This document shows, piece after piece, positions 25,797-40,099 of a DNA stretch of 64,000 nt. The notes beneath the pieces were generated by a model that saw only the letters and a program-made list of their open reading frames with translations, made no database searches and was not told where the DNA came from. Both the position numbers and the translations under genes were made by a program. Numbering within the stretch: position 1 is the stretch's first letter; every line of letters starts with the position of its first letter. Origin of the DNA: Raillietiella orientalis (lineage: Eukaryota); NCBI GenBank assembly GCA_036172245.1, contig JAYWIR010000047.1:806001-870000 (forward strand). Reading direction: 5' to 3'.

Positions 25797-27313
25797 AAGA
25801 TTTTTGAAAAGTTCCTCATGTGGATCATGTTTATCTCCCGATCGCGATCGCAAGGAAACAATCAGTGACATGACCTTAGGAAATAGCACATTGATTTTGA
25901 AATTCTTGCTATAAATAAATAACAATTCAGTGGCCGACGTTACAATATTCTTTAAAGGACATACTTCCATGCAACACCATTCAAAGATTTTCCAATTAAG
26001 CAAATATTTCCAAACTCATCTCTCAAATTCTAAGCACAGTCTATTACAAAATTTGAACTTCTAATATAACTTCGGTGTATATTTTATATAAAGCATAAAT
26101 TAAATCGCAGTTGCACTTTCTTAAAAATCAGCAAAATGAAAAATCATTCATCATAGATACATAATAAATGTAAGTAGATTGAGAACTACACTGACTACTT
26201 CTGCCGATGAAAACATAACAAGAAAGAATTTATAGCTAAAAGGAATATTGACAAAATGGTGAGCAAAATTCCTTTTCTCTCTGTAATCCTAACACTGATT
26301 AGATTGTAGGTTACTTCTAATAGACTTTAATTATTAGCTGTTACTGTTGTTCAGATAAGAATAAGGATGATCTACTTATGTAGGATACTGCCTCCCAATA
26401 AATTAGTTGATTTCCTTACACACAAAATTGCAGGCAAACAGTTACCGTTTGTACGCTGTCTCCCCCCTTATAGAAATCAATATTAAACAGATTTCATCTT
26501 ACATTGAGGTGAAAGACTTTAGTAAACTCCATTCGAATGAGCTCGCTAATGAACTCACTGAATCTGCATGAGGCTCGTGGATTAAAGACAACATGAAGAA
26601 AGTAAAAAGTCTATATGGAAGTTGATCTATATACTCTTCGACACCCACTGATGGGACCTATGCCTATTTTAGCATTGTTCTTGTGGTTCTCATGAATTCT
26701 TATGAAGAGACCCACAAAGAGATTCATGTGAAAAGACTTTCTGTTGTAAGGATTATATTCTTTTATTTATTCCATCGTTTCTGAATTTGTATTATTCACG
26801 TACTCTAATCTCGTGCATGTAATTCCCGTTTCATGCTGTAATTCATAGCATTCAGTGTCTCACATGTGAAATACTTTTGAATCGTTGCCTAAATCATTAT
26901 TCTTAACAATCAGCAATCATATTCTGACTATTTCTTTTTTTTTTCTTGCCAATTCGATAGAATTCATGGCTTTCGTGGAGTCCGGCACGCAACTGTTACA
27001 GTTTTCTAATGCAGAAAACAATCTTGGACTCGGATTGAATTTAGTGTCAGCCCTTTAGACTGCATTTCTGGAAAGAAATCTTAGTGGGAAACAGTTATTG
27101 GACGTCGTGTCACCAGCAAAACTTAAAAAACTTTTAATGGAACGTACTGCAATACTCCCCAATCGTGGAAAATGAAATATTGAATGCCCTTGTAAAAAGT
27201 GGTCAAAAAAAAATCTGTTCATTTCAGAAAACATGTTGCATCTCGAATGCTGTGTTTATAATGTATAACTTCACTTAAGGTTTAATGAGGAAAAAAAAAA
27301 GAAACAGTCTGAT

Positions 27314-29394
27314 ATGAATATGGACGATAAAGTGAACTTTGATATTGATCGTATGAAAAATTACAATCGTGCCAAATTTTTAAAATGTTTATCCAACATA
27401 GGAATATCGGATGAAAAGCAGCTTGTAATTGACCCAACACTTGTGAAGTTTTTAGACATCTTTCTACAAGTGAAAACATTAAAGTATGTTATTTTGACCT
27501 TTGCTTATTGTGTGTGTATATATTCATACATATGTGCATGTGTGTGTTTGAATGTAGTTCATTTTTTGAAATTTGGATACATTTATGGATGCTTTTTATT
27601 ATAATCTTGCGATCTTTCTAATGTGTATCAATTCAACACATCATATCTTGCCGAAATATTATTTAAAGTTGAAGTTTGTTAAAACTTGAAAACTAAACAT
27701 TCTGGAATTTTTATTTGTGTTTGCATTTGTTTAGGGAACATGGAATATCGGCCATATTCAAATTAGAAGAAAAAGCATCGCTTCCGTATACAGATTCTGT
27801 AAGAGTATATTTTCTTCGGAGCAATTTGAAAACTGTGAAAGAAGTATGCTGTCAGTTTCAACAGTATAGAGGTCAAAAGAATGGATGCATAAAGTGGCAT
27901 CTGTTTTTCCCGTTTACTCTTAATGTTGATATTCATATGTATATTGAAGAAGAAGGACTTCATGGCACAATTGCTCTACATGAATTGCAATTATCATTTA
28001 TACCATTAGATAAGGACCTGTTATCCTTAGAATCTCCTGAGTTTTTAGAAGAAACATTTGTCAATCATACCATCTTTTCATTGAAACATGTCTGCTCTGC
28101 CTTTCGAGCCATACAAGAACTTTATGGTATTATTCCCAATGTTTCTGGGCTAGGATTTTATGTTGAAAAAATTGCCAAAATGATGGAATTAATGCAAGAG
28201 GAAAATCCCATCAATTCTGAGGCATGTGAAATAGGACATTTATTTCTGTTTGATAGACAACTGGATTATGTAAGTGTATTTTTATCCCAGTTAACATATG
28301 CTGGTTTAGTGGATGATGTTTTTGGAATTGAAGCTGGTATTGCAAAGTTTGAAAACACAGCCTTTCAGAAAAAGCTTACTAAGGTTCAATTAAATAATCA
28401 GAATGATGTCTTCCATGACATAAAAAATAGACATTTTACTACAGTTCCTTCCTATCTGAGAGATAAAGTGAAACTCTTACAATGTGAACAAAAAAAATTT
28501 TCCTCCATGAATCTGCAAGAAGTTAGGAATTTAGTATCTAATGATCTACAAGATTTGCAAAAACTTCACACTAGCATAGCCATGCACATTAACGCTTGTG
28601 AAACAATTTCTTCAAGCAAAGGATCAGAATTCAGTTTTCAGTTACACTGTGAACATAACATTTTGCACGATGTAGAGAATAAAAATGTGATTAGCTTCAT
28701 TGAGAACCACATTCTCAGCAAGCAGTCATTTAAAACATCACTTTGTTTACTTTGTCTTTTATCATTAGCTAATGAAAACCTATCTTCAAAGTCTTGGGAA
28801 GATCTTATCAAAGTATTTGTGCATTCTTATGGATTTGAGCACCTGATTACACTAAATAAACTGCAAAAAGCTAGTATGCTACAAATACAGTGTGGGAATT
28901 CACAGTCTAGTATTAATAGCCATCACAGAGGTAAACTTCCAAAGTTCCATAATGTTTGTAGGAAATTTGGCCTTCTTCCATCTGACAATGGAGGAATAAA
29001 GGAAATGTCAAGTCCATCAAATATGAGTTATGTATTTGGTGGTGTGTATACTCCTCTTATTCCACATCTGGTACAGAATTTTTACACAATGAATAATATC
29101 TCCTTCATCTCTGAAATATTTAAGGAACAAACAGTATTCCACAATAAAACAGTATTGTGCTCCAAACTTCAAGGCATAGACATCTCAGAGAAAGCAACTA
29201 GCTATCAATCTGTAGTGCATTCCAGAGCTTCACAAATTCTGTTTGTTTTCTTTTTTGGAGGAGTAACCTATGCTGAAGTGTCAGCCCTCCGTCTTCTGGG
29301 ACATCTGATGAGTGTTCATATAATTATTGCAACAACATGCATAATTAGTGGGAAGAGAGTGATGGAATCTTTAACTTCAGCATTAAAAGAATGA
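27314..29394 (+). CDS. VPS33B: Vacuolar protein sorting 33B (Sec1/Munc18 family), about 609 aa, two coding exons
   Basis: Exons 27314-27483 and 27735-29394. The phase-2 GT-AG intron joins to give TLKEHGI. Motifs: FIPLDKDLLSLE, LFDRQLDYVSVFLSQLTYAGLVDDVFGI, HINACETI, YGFEHL, SYVFGGVYTPL (33B-type rather than 33A YSGYAPL), FFGGVTYAEVSALRLLG. Confidence 0.92.
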
Positions 29395-29699
29395 AAGTGA
29401 AGTTTTAGTGAGAGAAAAATTATCTGAATACTGAGTCACTAATTGCTTCTTGATTAATGGAACTGACATGACTTTATATCTGAGATGCCCAAACCTTAAA
29501 AAAAAAAAAATCATCAAATACATGTACTTTTGTTTAGAAACGACGTGATAAAGTATTAAATTTTTTTTTTCTTTCTATTCTTCATAGGTACGTATGCCCA
29601 TGTTGCTGTATATTGCTTTCAGGAAGTGTGAAAAACCTGTGTAGTGATGGAATATTACGTGTTTAAAAACATTTAGTGGATAAATCCAAACGTGATTAC

Positions 29700-32550
29700 A
29701 GCAGCAGTCTCTGCGTGAAATTTTTGTTTTGCCGCCTATTTGGTGCATTCAATTTCGAATCGATGAGCATGCTGAATCGTGGTCCAACCAAATAAGTACT
29801 TTCTGTTTTCTGTTGCGAGATTGTAGATAGAGATGTGACCGTACCCCGCCAGCCTTGCATCATCGAAGTGTGCGGCACTTTTGTTTGCCAGTGGCACTGG
29901 CTGATAGTCATCAGCAATTAAAGAGGGCGGCGGCAGCCATCAATATGTGGGAACTTTGCAAGACTCTCCACGCACACAAAGAGCTGCGACGAAGAGGGAA
30001 AGCAGGTCATACTCGAATGGCATGTTTTTTCTTTTTTTTAATTTAAAAAAAAAAAAACGGATATGCAGAACATAATGGGTCAGCATAACGAAGTTTTCTT
30101 CATTGTAGAAACGAGGTGAACTTTCAGCCGCTAACCCTGGATGCACCCCGGAGGGTGTAAAAGCAAAAAGTCTTGCGAACACTTCAAATTCCGGCGCTCT
30201 CGCGCCCAAGGAACGCGTCTTCCCGGTGTTCCTCTCCTCGAAGTCCCAGCTGCCGTTGCACGTTTGACCGAATCTCGAAAGATCTTGACCTCTTGTGACA
30301 GAGGCTCTGGCGAATTTCGTGTGCCCTCGGGACGCTTGCTGAACTGGAGGAACGGCACTGATAGTAGGGCGACACGCCACAAAAAAGCTTCATCCGACTC
30401 TTCGAGACGATTGGAAAATTTTTCGTTTTCCATGTTTGCTAAACGTGTCGTTGGAAGAAACTTTGGCTGTTGCCGTTATCCATCAGGTGCTCCGTTAATT
30501 TTTCGAGTTGCGTCCGTATTCTTCAGCTTGCCTCACTATAACATGAGTCTGAGCGTGTTTGTGGCAACACGTTTCACTGTATGCAGTACGAAGCAAGAAA
30601 ATATTCACATTCGAATTGTTCTCGACTTTCCTGTATCTGTTGAAGCATGTGGAATAAATCTTTCAAATGATACGGAGGGCGGATGCATCTACTGCATCAA
30701 GCATCGTCGAGGTTGCTGATAGTAAACCTAGCAGCATGAAAATCTGCAACCCATTGCAATCTTGCTCTTCCAATTATGTTTGCTTACGGAAGTGCTACTC
30801 AAAAACAATTCAATTTTTTTCCCCAAATGGCTCGGTTACATCTACTACATCTATTTTGAAAGTGTGCTATGCTTTGATGTGTAAAGCAAAATGGATTCCA
30901 AAAAGAAAAGCGTGGGGTGCGCCATTCCAAAGTTCGTGAATTTTGTGATTTCTTGTCCAGCATTCAAAAGCAGACTTAATCCCATTCCAGCTTGAATTCA
31001 TATGCAGAGTATCAACCCGGTTCCTCCCGTATTTTCCGGGGCACTTTCCCGAAACCGATATTCCAAGTCCAAATTAACGAACCCGCATTCATGAAAAGTT
31101 AAGTGATGTCTTGAAAGTCATTCCGAAACGCTCGTCTGGGAATGGGGAAGACGGCTAGCAGACGTCGTGCCCTTTTTTTCCTCTTTTTTTCACGGTTTCT
31201 TCTTGTTTTTCCAAATTGATTCCTACGCGTTCCTCATGGCTTTCGGTTTGATGCTCACTCTTGCCGTGTCGCATGGCACCCTTTCCTAAGAGATTCCTCC
31301 ACGGGCGAGTTTCCGATATTCTTTCGAAACCTAAACAGAAACTTCTGGTTGTGGTTGGGAAATGCGACCTCAACCGAAATGAATTGGAAAAGGAAGCTGC
31401 TGAAGCCTGTAATTCCATCGGTTTTTCAAACACTCCTGGATGTAATTCGACGGAAGTGCCAACACCCATTTTGCACACCAGGATTCTTCGTGCTGTGCTG
31501 TTCAGTTCCTCATTAATGAAAAGGTGAATGAAAACTCGGTTACGGGACTGGTGGAATGGAATACGTGGAACAAACCGAGCTAAGAGCGTTTTCACGTCAA
31601 TCTGACAGAAAAGTGTTTCTGATGAATTTCTAGAGAGCATTTACGGTGTGTAAAGTCTTTAAATTAGTGGCAAATGGTAAATGAACACCAAATTGAAAAA
31701 CATGAAGCGACTCTAATTTGTGCTTTAAGGGCGGGGTAGTCTTTATTTCAGAAAGAGAAGGAACCATTTAGGGGATTGCAGTTATTACGGGCAATAGAAC
31801 AGAAGCTATCCCCAACTTTAAGCCACGCTGAGCAACGACAGCCCTATCTTTGAATGCGTGCAGAGCTGCTCACTCCCTCCCATGTGCGAACACGACCTCA
31901 GGAAAACACTTTGACCAAACGATTCACCCAAAATGATTCCGAGCAGTTCAAGAGCGCTACGACATTTTGTTATAATAAAACCAGTTCTTTGCTGGGAGGA
32001 ATGTGACCTATGTCCATTTCATTGTGGGACTCTGGTTGCATTTCTAGATAAGATGGAGGGGAGAGTGGCTGAGACTGCGTAAGGAGCTGCAGATTGCAGG
32101 ATTTGCTGTATTGAGAAAGTTTCGATTGGGTGTCAATGCCCAATGGGACAGTGACACCCAACTTTTGGGAATCAGTGTCCCTGTCGGAACCAGAAACTCA
32201 GCTGGGAGAAGCTGAAGAATGTATAACACGCATCCTTAGTTTTTCATAGACCGACAGTTTCGACAGAAGCGTATACCTTCTTCAACTCACGCTTGAAAGA
32301 ATTCCATCCGGGAATTGAGCAGTACCCAACCGTAGGTGTCCAAACTGAGTGACTCAGTTTACGATTACGGAACATTCCCGACACCCATCGCTGTTCTTGG
32401 GCACCCCACCTCAGGTTGGTCCAAGCAATAGGCAGTCTCTGTTAATGCCATCAAATGCTGATCATTATCTGCCTCTACAGCTGTCAAAGCACTTGTTCCC
32501 CTATTCACTTGGGAGAAAGTTCGTCGAATGGCTCCCTTCTTAAGGTTAGA
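29700..32550 (-). mobile_element. Degenerate RTE-like LINE (endonuclease to N-terminal RT), relatively AT-rich
   Basis: Ordered motifs: TSALTAVEA..QHLMALTET (cf. RTALIA.EL...IAALSET), CYTFFS, WNGIKSA, PEPLSQEVKIFRDSVKRATAAG (cf. PPT.EEV..AI..LK..KAAG), SQCH..., TYLVGPRFSMLIDS (cf. LYLAFVDF.KAFDS). Confidence 0.55.
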
Positions 32551-32749
32551 TAATGAGAAAGCGATCATCCTAGTAATCAATACTTATGATTACTGCTCCG
32601 GAGACCTGTGTGCTTTCTTCCTTCCCCCCTCCCCCCCCCGTGTTAATAAAGTCTGAAGTTTGTATTACAGTTAACTACAAGCTGAGAGCTGTTTTCTTTT
32701 ACTTCGAATCACGTCTTGGAAAGAGGAAGATAGGCTTCGCCTTACCACA

Positions 32750-33500
32750 AACGCATCGTCTTACACGTCAGAATGACTGGCAGTTCCGTACTTCGTGGAA
32801 GCCATCCCAATAAACAAAGCGGAGGTAAACGGAAACGCTGCCTTCCATCACTCAAGGAAATCACCTACGGGCACTTCAGTTTGCAAAGGGGTGCGAGTCT
32901 GCGGGCGACTTGCGACCACACTTAACGACTGGAATGCCTGCACATCCGTGTCGTCGATCACTGACGAATCGTTCCTAAGGTGCCGACGTCTGCAAAGAGA
33001 AAATTCTCCATCAGTGTTGGTTGCTTTCCTTTCCTTGTTTTGCCAACTGTCATTCAGACGGCGGCATCCGTTGCGATCGCTGTCAGGCTTGGGGAGGAGG
33101 CCGCCGGTCCACCGAAGCCAACGCTGGGGTCGTTTCCTCGCAACGTCGCCGTGACAAGGCTGTCACGACGCACTGGCGTCTCCTCCTCTGGAAACGGCGA
33201 ACGTGCGCCACCCTCGGGGGGACTGGCAGACCCCACGGAGGTCGTGGAGAGGGCGGGCGTACCGTCGAGAATCTTTGCCGCGCAACCGCAGCGCGCGATT
33301 CGGGCGGGGAGGGGGTGAGGGGTTCGCACTGCCACCCCCACGAATCCCCCCCTCGCTCGCCGCCGCCATCTGCTGCGCGCGCGCACCGCGCTCGTGGCGC
33401 TGCAGACGCTGGCGTGGGAGCCGCCTAGCGACCGCCCCGGCAACCACGCTTCCCGCGCGCCGACAACGCCAGCGCCAGCGTCGCACGGCGAGCGTCGGCA
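32750..33500 (+). mobile_element. Degenerate RTE-like RT core fragment
   Basis: VCKGVRVCGRLATTL (cf. V.KGVRQGC.LAPTLF), followed by weak ADD-like and YLG-like remnants. Confidence 0.35.
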
Positions 33501-33604
33501 AAGGCAACGCCGTGCTCCGAGGCTCCATTCCAACCGCAGCACCAGCAAAAAGAGAACAAAAAAATCATACGACTCCTGGGTTTAACCCTTCGAACACGGT
33601 AAAT

Positions 33605-33620
33605 GGCCCTGAAAAGGGCC
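33605..33620 (-). promoter_or_regulatory. Histone 3' UTR stem-loop (SLBP-binding element)
   Basis: Minus strand GGCCCT-TTTC-AGGGCC, 32 nt after the H4 stop. It matches the metazoan 6-bp stem / 4-nt loop consensus. Confidence 0.95.
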
Positions 33621-33652
33621 TGGGGTTGATTTTTTTTTTGTTTCTGTACTTC

Positions 33653-34327
<675 letters not shown>

Positions 34328-35052
34328 TCATGTCCTATAACTGATGTAACCGTAGGGTGCTCACCTATCATAAGTAATGTATTATCTGACGAAAATACAG
34401 TAAGTAAATAGAAGGCATCGGCAGTACCTAAGGGAAAGTGAGGACTTCTTTTCTTCATGGAGGTCACGAAGGCCGCGTTGAGTGTGTGCCATGCTTGACA
34501 AACGCATTCGTGGAGGCGATGGAGGAAACCATCCGGGAAGAAGATCCTTTTCCTGGACGAAGCTGAAGTTCAGAAGATTTTAATGTAACTCACCGGATAA
34601 ATAGGTCGACGCTTCACACCATTTCGGCATGCTCTGTGTGAGAAATGCGACAGCAGATTGCGTTCAGCAGGATTTTACCTTCGTTTCGGCAAAGTGAACC
34701 CACCCTCGAAGGAAGAATTTTGAAATAGGGAAGGATGCGGGCAAAACGGATCGTCGGGTGGTGCAGCGGGAAGTCACCACCGATTCACTGCGATGTCGCA
34801 CGGCAAGAAATAAATAAAGAAGTCGGGCGATCCTGGCTGCACGAGCAGCTGGAGACGAAAGGGAGGGGGGGGGGAGACGAGCAGGAAGAGCAGCAGTGCG
34901 ACACCCCTCGCGTGCCCCACCGTCCGAGTGGCCACAGGCGACTTGGTGTGCTCGAGGGGGGGGGGGATGTATATGTCCCGAGGTGCACGCGTGTGTGTAT
35001 GCAAACACTTATTCCTTCCTTGTTAGCGTGGATGTTTGTGCGCGCTCGTTCT

Positions 35053-35075
35053 TGTGTGTGTGTGTGTGTGTGTGT
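35053..35075. repeat. (TG)n microsatellite
   Basis: About 11 TG units seen directly. Confidence 0.9.
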
Positions 35076-35699
35076 TTCGGTAGGCGCTTCCTCTTTCATG
35101 CGAAAGACGCAGCGCGCACCTTCCAGCCGCGCAAAAAAATTCCCGAGCTGCCGAAGGGAGCGGATGCTGCTGCGAGCCAGCATGGATGGGCTTGGCGCGT
35201 ATTGGAAAATCGATCCTGGAATGTCGATCTCTGCCGTGGAACACCAAGAGTAAACCGAGAAGCATCCACCTATCCGAACCTCCGCACGAGGGGGGGGGGG
35301 GGGGAAGAGGAAAAAAGTGACGCCAACAACGTGGCAAACGGCGAGCGAGCCATGCGACGGCTGCAGGAGCAGCCAGAATTCGAAAAACAGATCCAGGATG
35401 GGGGGAAGAAGGGCGGGTGGAGGGAGGGAGAGGATATGCGCCTGCACGGCGGCGCTCGTGGGATTCCCGTGGCACGGCACGGCGCCGCGGCCTGCCTTGC
35501 GGCTCGCGCAGCGCTCGGGGAGGAATAACGGAAAAACCGCGTGGGCGCGAAGCGTGCGCGCGGCATCTCCCGCCGCGATCGCGAACTCCATCCGGTTTGG
35601 CGCACCAGCTCGCGTCCCTCTTGTTCGCCCCTCGCCACTTCAAATCCCTCTCTTGACTATTTCAAATTTTAACCACTGTTTGCTCAGGAATCTCATGTT

Positions 35700-38600
35700 C
35701 CCATAGGGCTCATTTTCAAACAGGTTGCTTCTGTTGCCCGGATTGTAGTCAGATTCGAGTGACTTCGTGGCAAGAAATGAGTCGCTCTCCTTTACTAGAA
35801 ACCGGTTGTGGTTGCGCCAACGCGAGAGAGCCCTACGATGGCACCCAACTTGGCTGGCAGAGGTGCGCTGTTTTCCCGGATGAAAGAGGTGGTTCGGACC
35901 TTCATTCGGGAACATCCGCCTCGATGCGCGCTGAAAACCTCGGGGTCAGCTCGTGTCCAACAAGAAACGACCAAGGCGGTACAAAGGCTTTCCCTGGCTG
36001 GAAAAGTCCAGCCTAGACACAGTTCCCGCAGCACCTGTCGGATCCCAGACAGAATTCGAGGCTGCAGAGGCGAAGCGAACAAAAACGAGCAAGTCAAAAA
36101 CCCGGGAGGGAGGGGGGGAGGTGAAGCGAGGAACGCTGAGATCCAGCCCTCCCTGACCCTCGTGCGCTGCTGGTAGCGTCCTCCCTTCGCCTCTTGCACT
36201 CGGGTGAGGCGACCTTCCTGCTGTTTGCATTATGCAAGTGGTCAGAAGGTTGGCTTCTGGGTGTCGTTCAATCTTCAGGTGTGCTACCATTGTGCCGCAG
36301 ATGGGGCACAGCTTGGTCTAGCCAGTGTGGTCAAGGGAAGGGGCTCTCGAAAAAGTGGGTCCTTGGGGCGCTGTCAGGGAGCGACAGGCGTTCATCCCAA
36401 CCAAGGGACATCACCACGGCCTAGAAACGTGAGAGGGATGGATGCGACCACTCCACCACCTGGCGTAGCTCCGGGGAAGCACCTCCTCTCGTGAGGAATA
36501 GGTGCTGGAGACGCCACCTTAGGAAGAGGGCCGCCGTCCATTAAGGTCTGAGACGCGGGAATGGGTCACCCATGCGCATCAGCAGGAACCCGATTGCCCG
36601 CTGAGGTCTTCACAGAACAGCAGTTCTTGCGCGTCCGCGTCCTGGGAGCAGTAGCGTTCAGCAGCTCTTCCCCACCAGGATTCCAGCACCACAGCCGGGG
36701 GTGTGGAGGGGATGCGCATCCACTTTGCGTCCTCCTGCATTATGCCTCTGAGCTACCGAGATGACAGGTAGGCGGTCAGCGTTTCCAGGTTGACCCCACG
36801 CCGCGCGCCCCCAGGTGTCCATCACCTTCTGCCTCTGGGCGTCGAAGCCCGCGGGGCAGCACAAGCTCCGACCCAGGAAGGAGACTCCAGTCTCCCGCGC
36901 CTGATGAACGCTCACCCTGAGGGCATGGAGCAGAGACGAAAGAGAAACCGGCGCCGGTTTCAACCGCTGGAGCATCAGGGGGGGGGGGGGGTCATTGAAA
37001 CCGCAGCCTCACCTTTCCCCAGGGTAGTCGAGAGTGATGGAGAAGGCGTCTATGGCCCGTCCCGCCCTGGCTTCACCCACTCGGAAAGGACCATGGAAGA
37101 GACCCGCGGAACGGGCGCGCGCCCAAAGAGGAAGCGGCAGCCGCCTACGGACCTTGCAGGGAGGCTTCGCTGCCCGTGCAGCCACCCTCGTCCGAAGCGA
37201 AGGAGCGCGTAGGGAAGACCAGGGAAGGGATGGCTCATCAAGCCCCTGGCTTGGGGAGTCCCGGTCGGCGATTGCCTTGATTACTCACGGTCTATTTCCG
37301 ACATCCTGCAGCGAGTTCGAGTCGCTCAGGATCGTCTCCGTTCCCTGTGTCCGCCTCAGACCTATTCGAACGGGTGTGACGGCGTCCACAGGAACACCCC
37401 GTCGCCGCATCTCTGGAGGACCTCCTCCCCGAAGGCTACCCCATCCGGCGAAGACTTAGAGGAGGAGGTGGCCGCTGTCGTCAGCACGGGACCTCCCTTC
37501 CCCCTCTAGGTTCAGGCGCCCCGATCGCCCCCCCCTCCGTTCAGGGTCGCCGGACGACCATCCGAACTCCCGGTGGGAGGCTCTCCGCCTGTGACCCCGA
37601 AGTCGGGGAGCCTGAGGCGAAGGTGCCCCGGCCTGGAATGACGCCAGCGGCGCTTCCGAGGGAAGCGATTGGGAATGCCCGGGCTTGACCAGTCCCTTCG
37701 CTCCTTCCCATCCTCCTCAGTAGGGCGCGCCTCGCCTCGCCGGTCATGCCTGAAGGTCTTGCAGCAGTCGATCACGTGGGCCGGTGCGAGCGCACCGGGA
37801 CGGCCCGCAGTGTGAGCAGAAGGCGAGTCTCCAGGATGTCCTCGTGAAGCCCCCGAATCCGGTCGCCACGGTTTCCGCGATATCCCTGCGCACACCCTGG
37901 GGGCGGACCGGAGGCGAGCGCCCGCGCTTGCCTCTCTCGGACAGTGGTGCTCCCCAGAGGCAAGGCCGGCTCCTGAGCGGCCGCACCCTCCCGCCCCGCT
38001 TTCGTCAGAGGGGCTCGCGAGCGTCCCTATTTCTCCGTGGAGATTGGGGTGTCTGCGACGGTCCCCCTTTCTGCCGGTGGGTGTCGGCCGCGCACTCGCG
38101 GGCTTGGGGAGCAACGGGCGGCGGCTGCAAGGGCGATCCGGCCCGCCGCGCGCGGAGCATGGGTGACCTCTGCGGTCACCACTAAGAATCCGAAGGCGCG
38201 TTGGGGAGGTGGGGGACAATCGGTCGGGGTCGGTGCAAGGTTCTGCAACCACCCGTCACTGAGCGTTCCCTCTTCCTTATCGGTTCCAGCGGAAGCATCC
38301 AGAGAGGAATCGGGGGAGCAGGCGCCGGAAGCGGGAAGGGAGACGCATCAAAGCTCCGCCTCTTTCGTTCCGGGGCTCCGGCAGCAGCGGCGGCGGTTGC
38401 CCAGGGAGTCCGCGCGAGCTGAAGACAAGGAGAGGCAGAGCTGAAGAGGGAGGAGGCAGACCGGAACGGCGGAGGCAGCCACTCTCAGGTTTCACACCTT
38501 GCCACTTTCTCGACTTCCGGCGTGACCGGTTGCGTTTTCCCGCCAGATCCTGATCCTGGACGCACCCACCTGACGGGGGCCGCAGAGGACGGCACCCGCG

Positions 38601-39750
38601 CGGAATCCGTAGATCGAAGGGGATCCAACTGCTACGAAGTCCGGCGAGGCCTCTCTTTCCCTTCTAGGCATTTCGCCTTCTTTCCTCTCTCCCTACTCCT
38701 CCAAGTACGGCGCATCTACTCCTCCTGCTGCTGCGCAAGGGAAGGAGAGCGCATTATTTTTCTAGTCCGCCTCTTGAAGAACGCAGACGTCGGAAAATCG
38801 GTCGGCGGCAGAGGGGTGATTTGAGGATACTTCCAGGAGGAGGAGGAAGTCCCGAAATACCCGAGTCGACGCAGGTGCTTCCTCGAAGCGCTCGTACCAG
38901 GGCACCTCGCTCGTCCTGGCTGTGGACTCCTGGAACTGCGCTCCGGGGAGGGTCTTCTGGAAGGAGAAGGAGGTCTTCGGTCTTCGAGAAGGAGGAGGAG
39001 GAGGCCCGGGTGATTCCGTCCAAACACCCTTCCAGCACTACCGGGAGGCTGGGGCGAGAGTGAACCGAACCCGGAAGTCTGATGGCAGGGACGGCTTCCG
39101 AGCGAAGCGTGCGGACGAGCTCCGGGAGGGGAAGGGAGGCTCTCTCGCGCACCTATGCAAGGGGGCTCTCGATCCCTCCTGACGCAGCTCCTGTCAGTTC
39201 CATGAGATAGGAGTGTCGACTGACCTCCGACTTGGGCAGGCGGGTGCCCGATGGGGCAGGCCGAGGGGGCAAGAGGAGCTGCTGCCGGGTCGAACTCGAG
39301 ACACGCATCGAAGACCACACCTCCGCCACCGAGCCACCACCGGACGTCTTCCCCCTTGTTCCCCCGTGAGGACACTGAACGCATGCCATGCATGGAACCA
39401 CTTGGCCTCCACGTGCCTTCTTGCGTGCTTCTTTGCTGTGCTGCTCGCCGCAGGAGTGAGCGGAGGTCTGCACTGCTCTCGCCTCACACCTACGAGGAGG
39501 AACCGACTTGTTTCTGGCTGCGTCTTCTGCTGCTGGGTCATGAAGATTTTACTCCGGAAACGGGAGAGGTTCGGCTGCAGATTCAGATGCTGGCAAATAT
39601 GACCGGCACTGAAGGACTGGCAGCGCCTGCCTAGGCTGCGGCTGTCGAATTCTCTTCCAAAGCATTCTTCCTCGCAGGACTGGTGGAGCCTCTGCCGTGG
39701 GAGCCGACTGGGATCACTGCACAACGTGCCGAATCCGGATTGCCGTGAGC
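35700..39750 (-). mobile_element. Near full-length degenerate I/Jockey-like LINE (ORF1 zinc-knuckle remnants, endonuclease, RT)
   Basis: Ordered motifs: RRCQSFSAGHIC and PCMACVQCPH (gag knuckle-like, ~39350-39650); RILSGDRRGH and LASGEHHCP (GDFN.H, SDH.P); VIKAIADRDSPSQGLD (KAI..L...PGLD); SLSTTLGK; LLHAL..SVHQARETG..LGRSL..AGFD; AYLSSR; ELLFCEDL (LLFADDL, ~36605-36625). Confidence 0.6.
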
Positions 39751-40099
39751 CCCTGTCACAGCAGCAGATACCAAGCGTGCTTAACCAAGAGAAGAACTTT
39801 CTTGTAATACCCTTTCTTAGAGAACAGCTGATGAGGACAAATTCCTTTCCTTAATGATTGCACTTGCCTGACTTGACTTTACTAAAGACCACGCCTTCTC
39901 ACTCTGTGGTTTCTGGTACCATTGAGATCTACCACGTTGATCATTTCCATACTATTTCGCTTCGAACTTTTACATTCAAGTAATTTGGAGGACATACCAG
40001 CATCCTGCCGTAGTGGACAATGGAGTGCTCAAGCAGAATCATTTGGAATGATGCACTTCGAAAGATTTGGGTGAGATTGAAAGATTCCAATCAGAGCTT

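Noticed and set aside
27314..29394. VPS33A assignment
   Set aside because: SYVFGGVYTPL and GLVDD fit VPS33B better. A phylogeny would be decisive.
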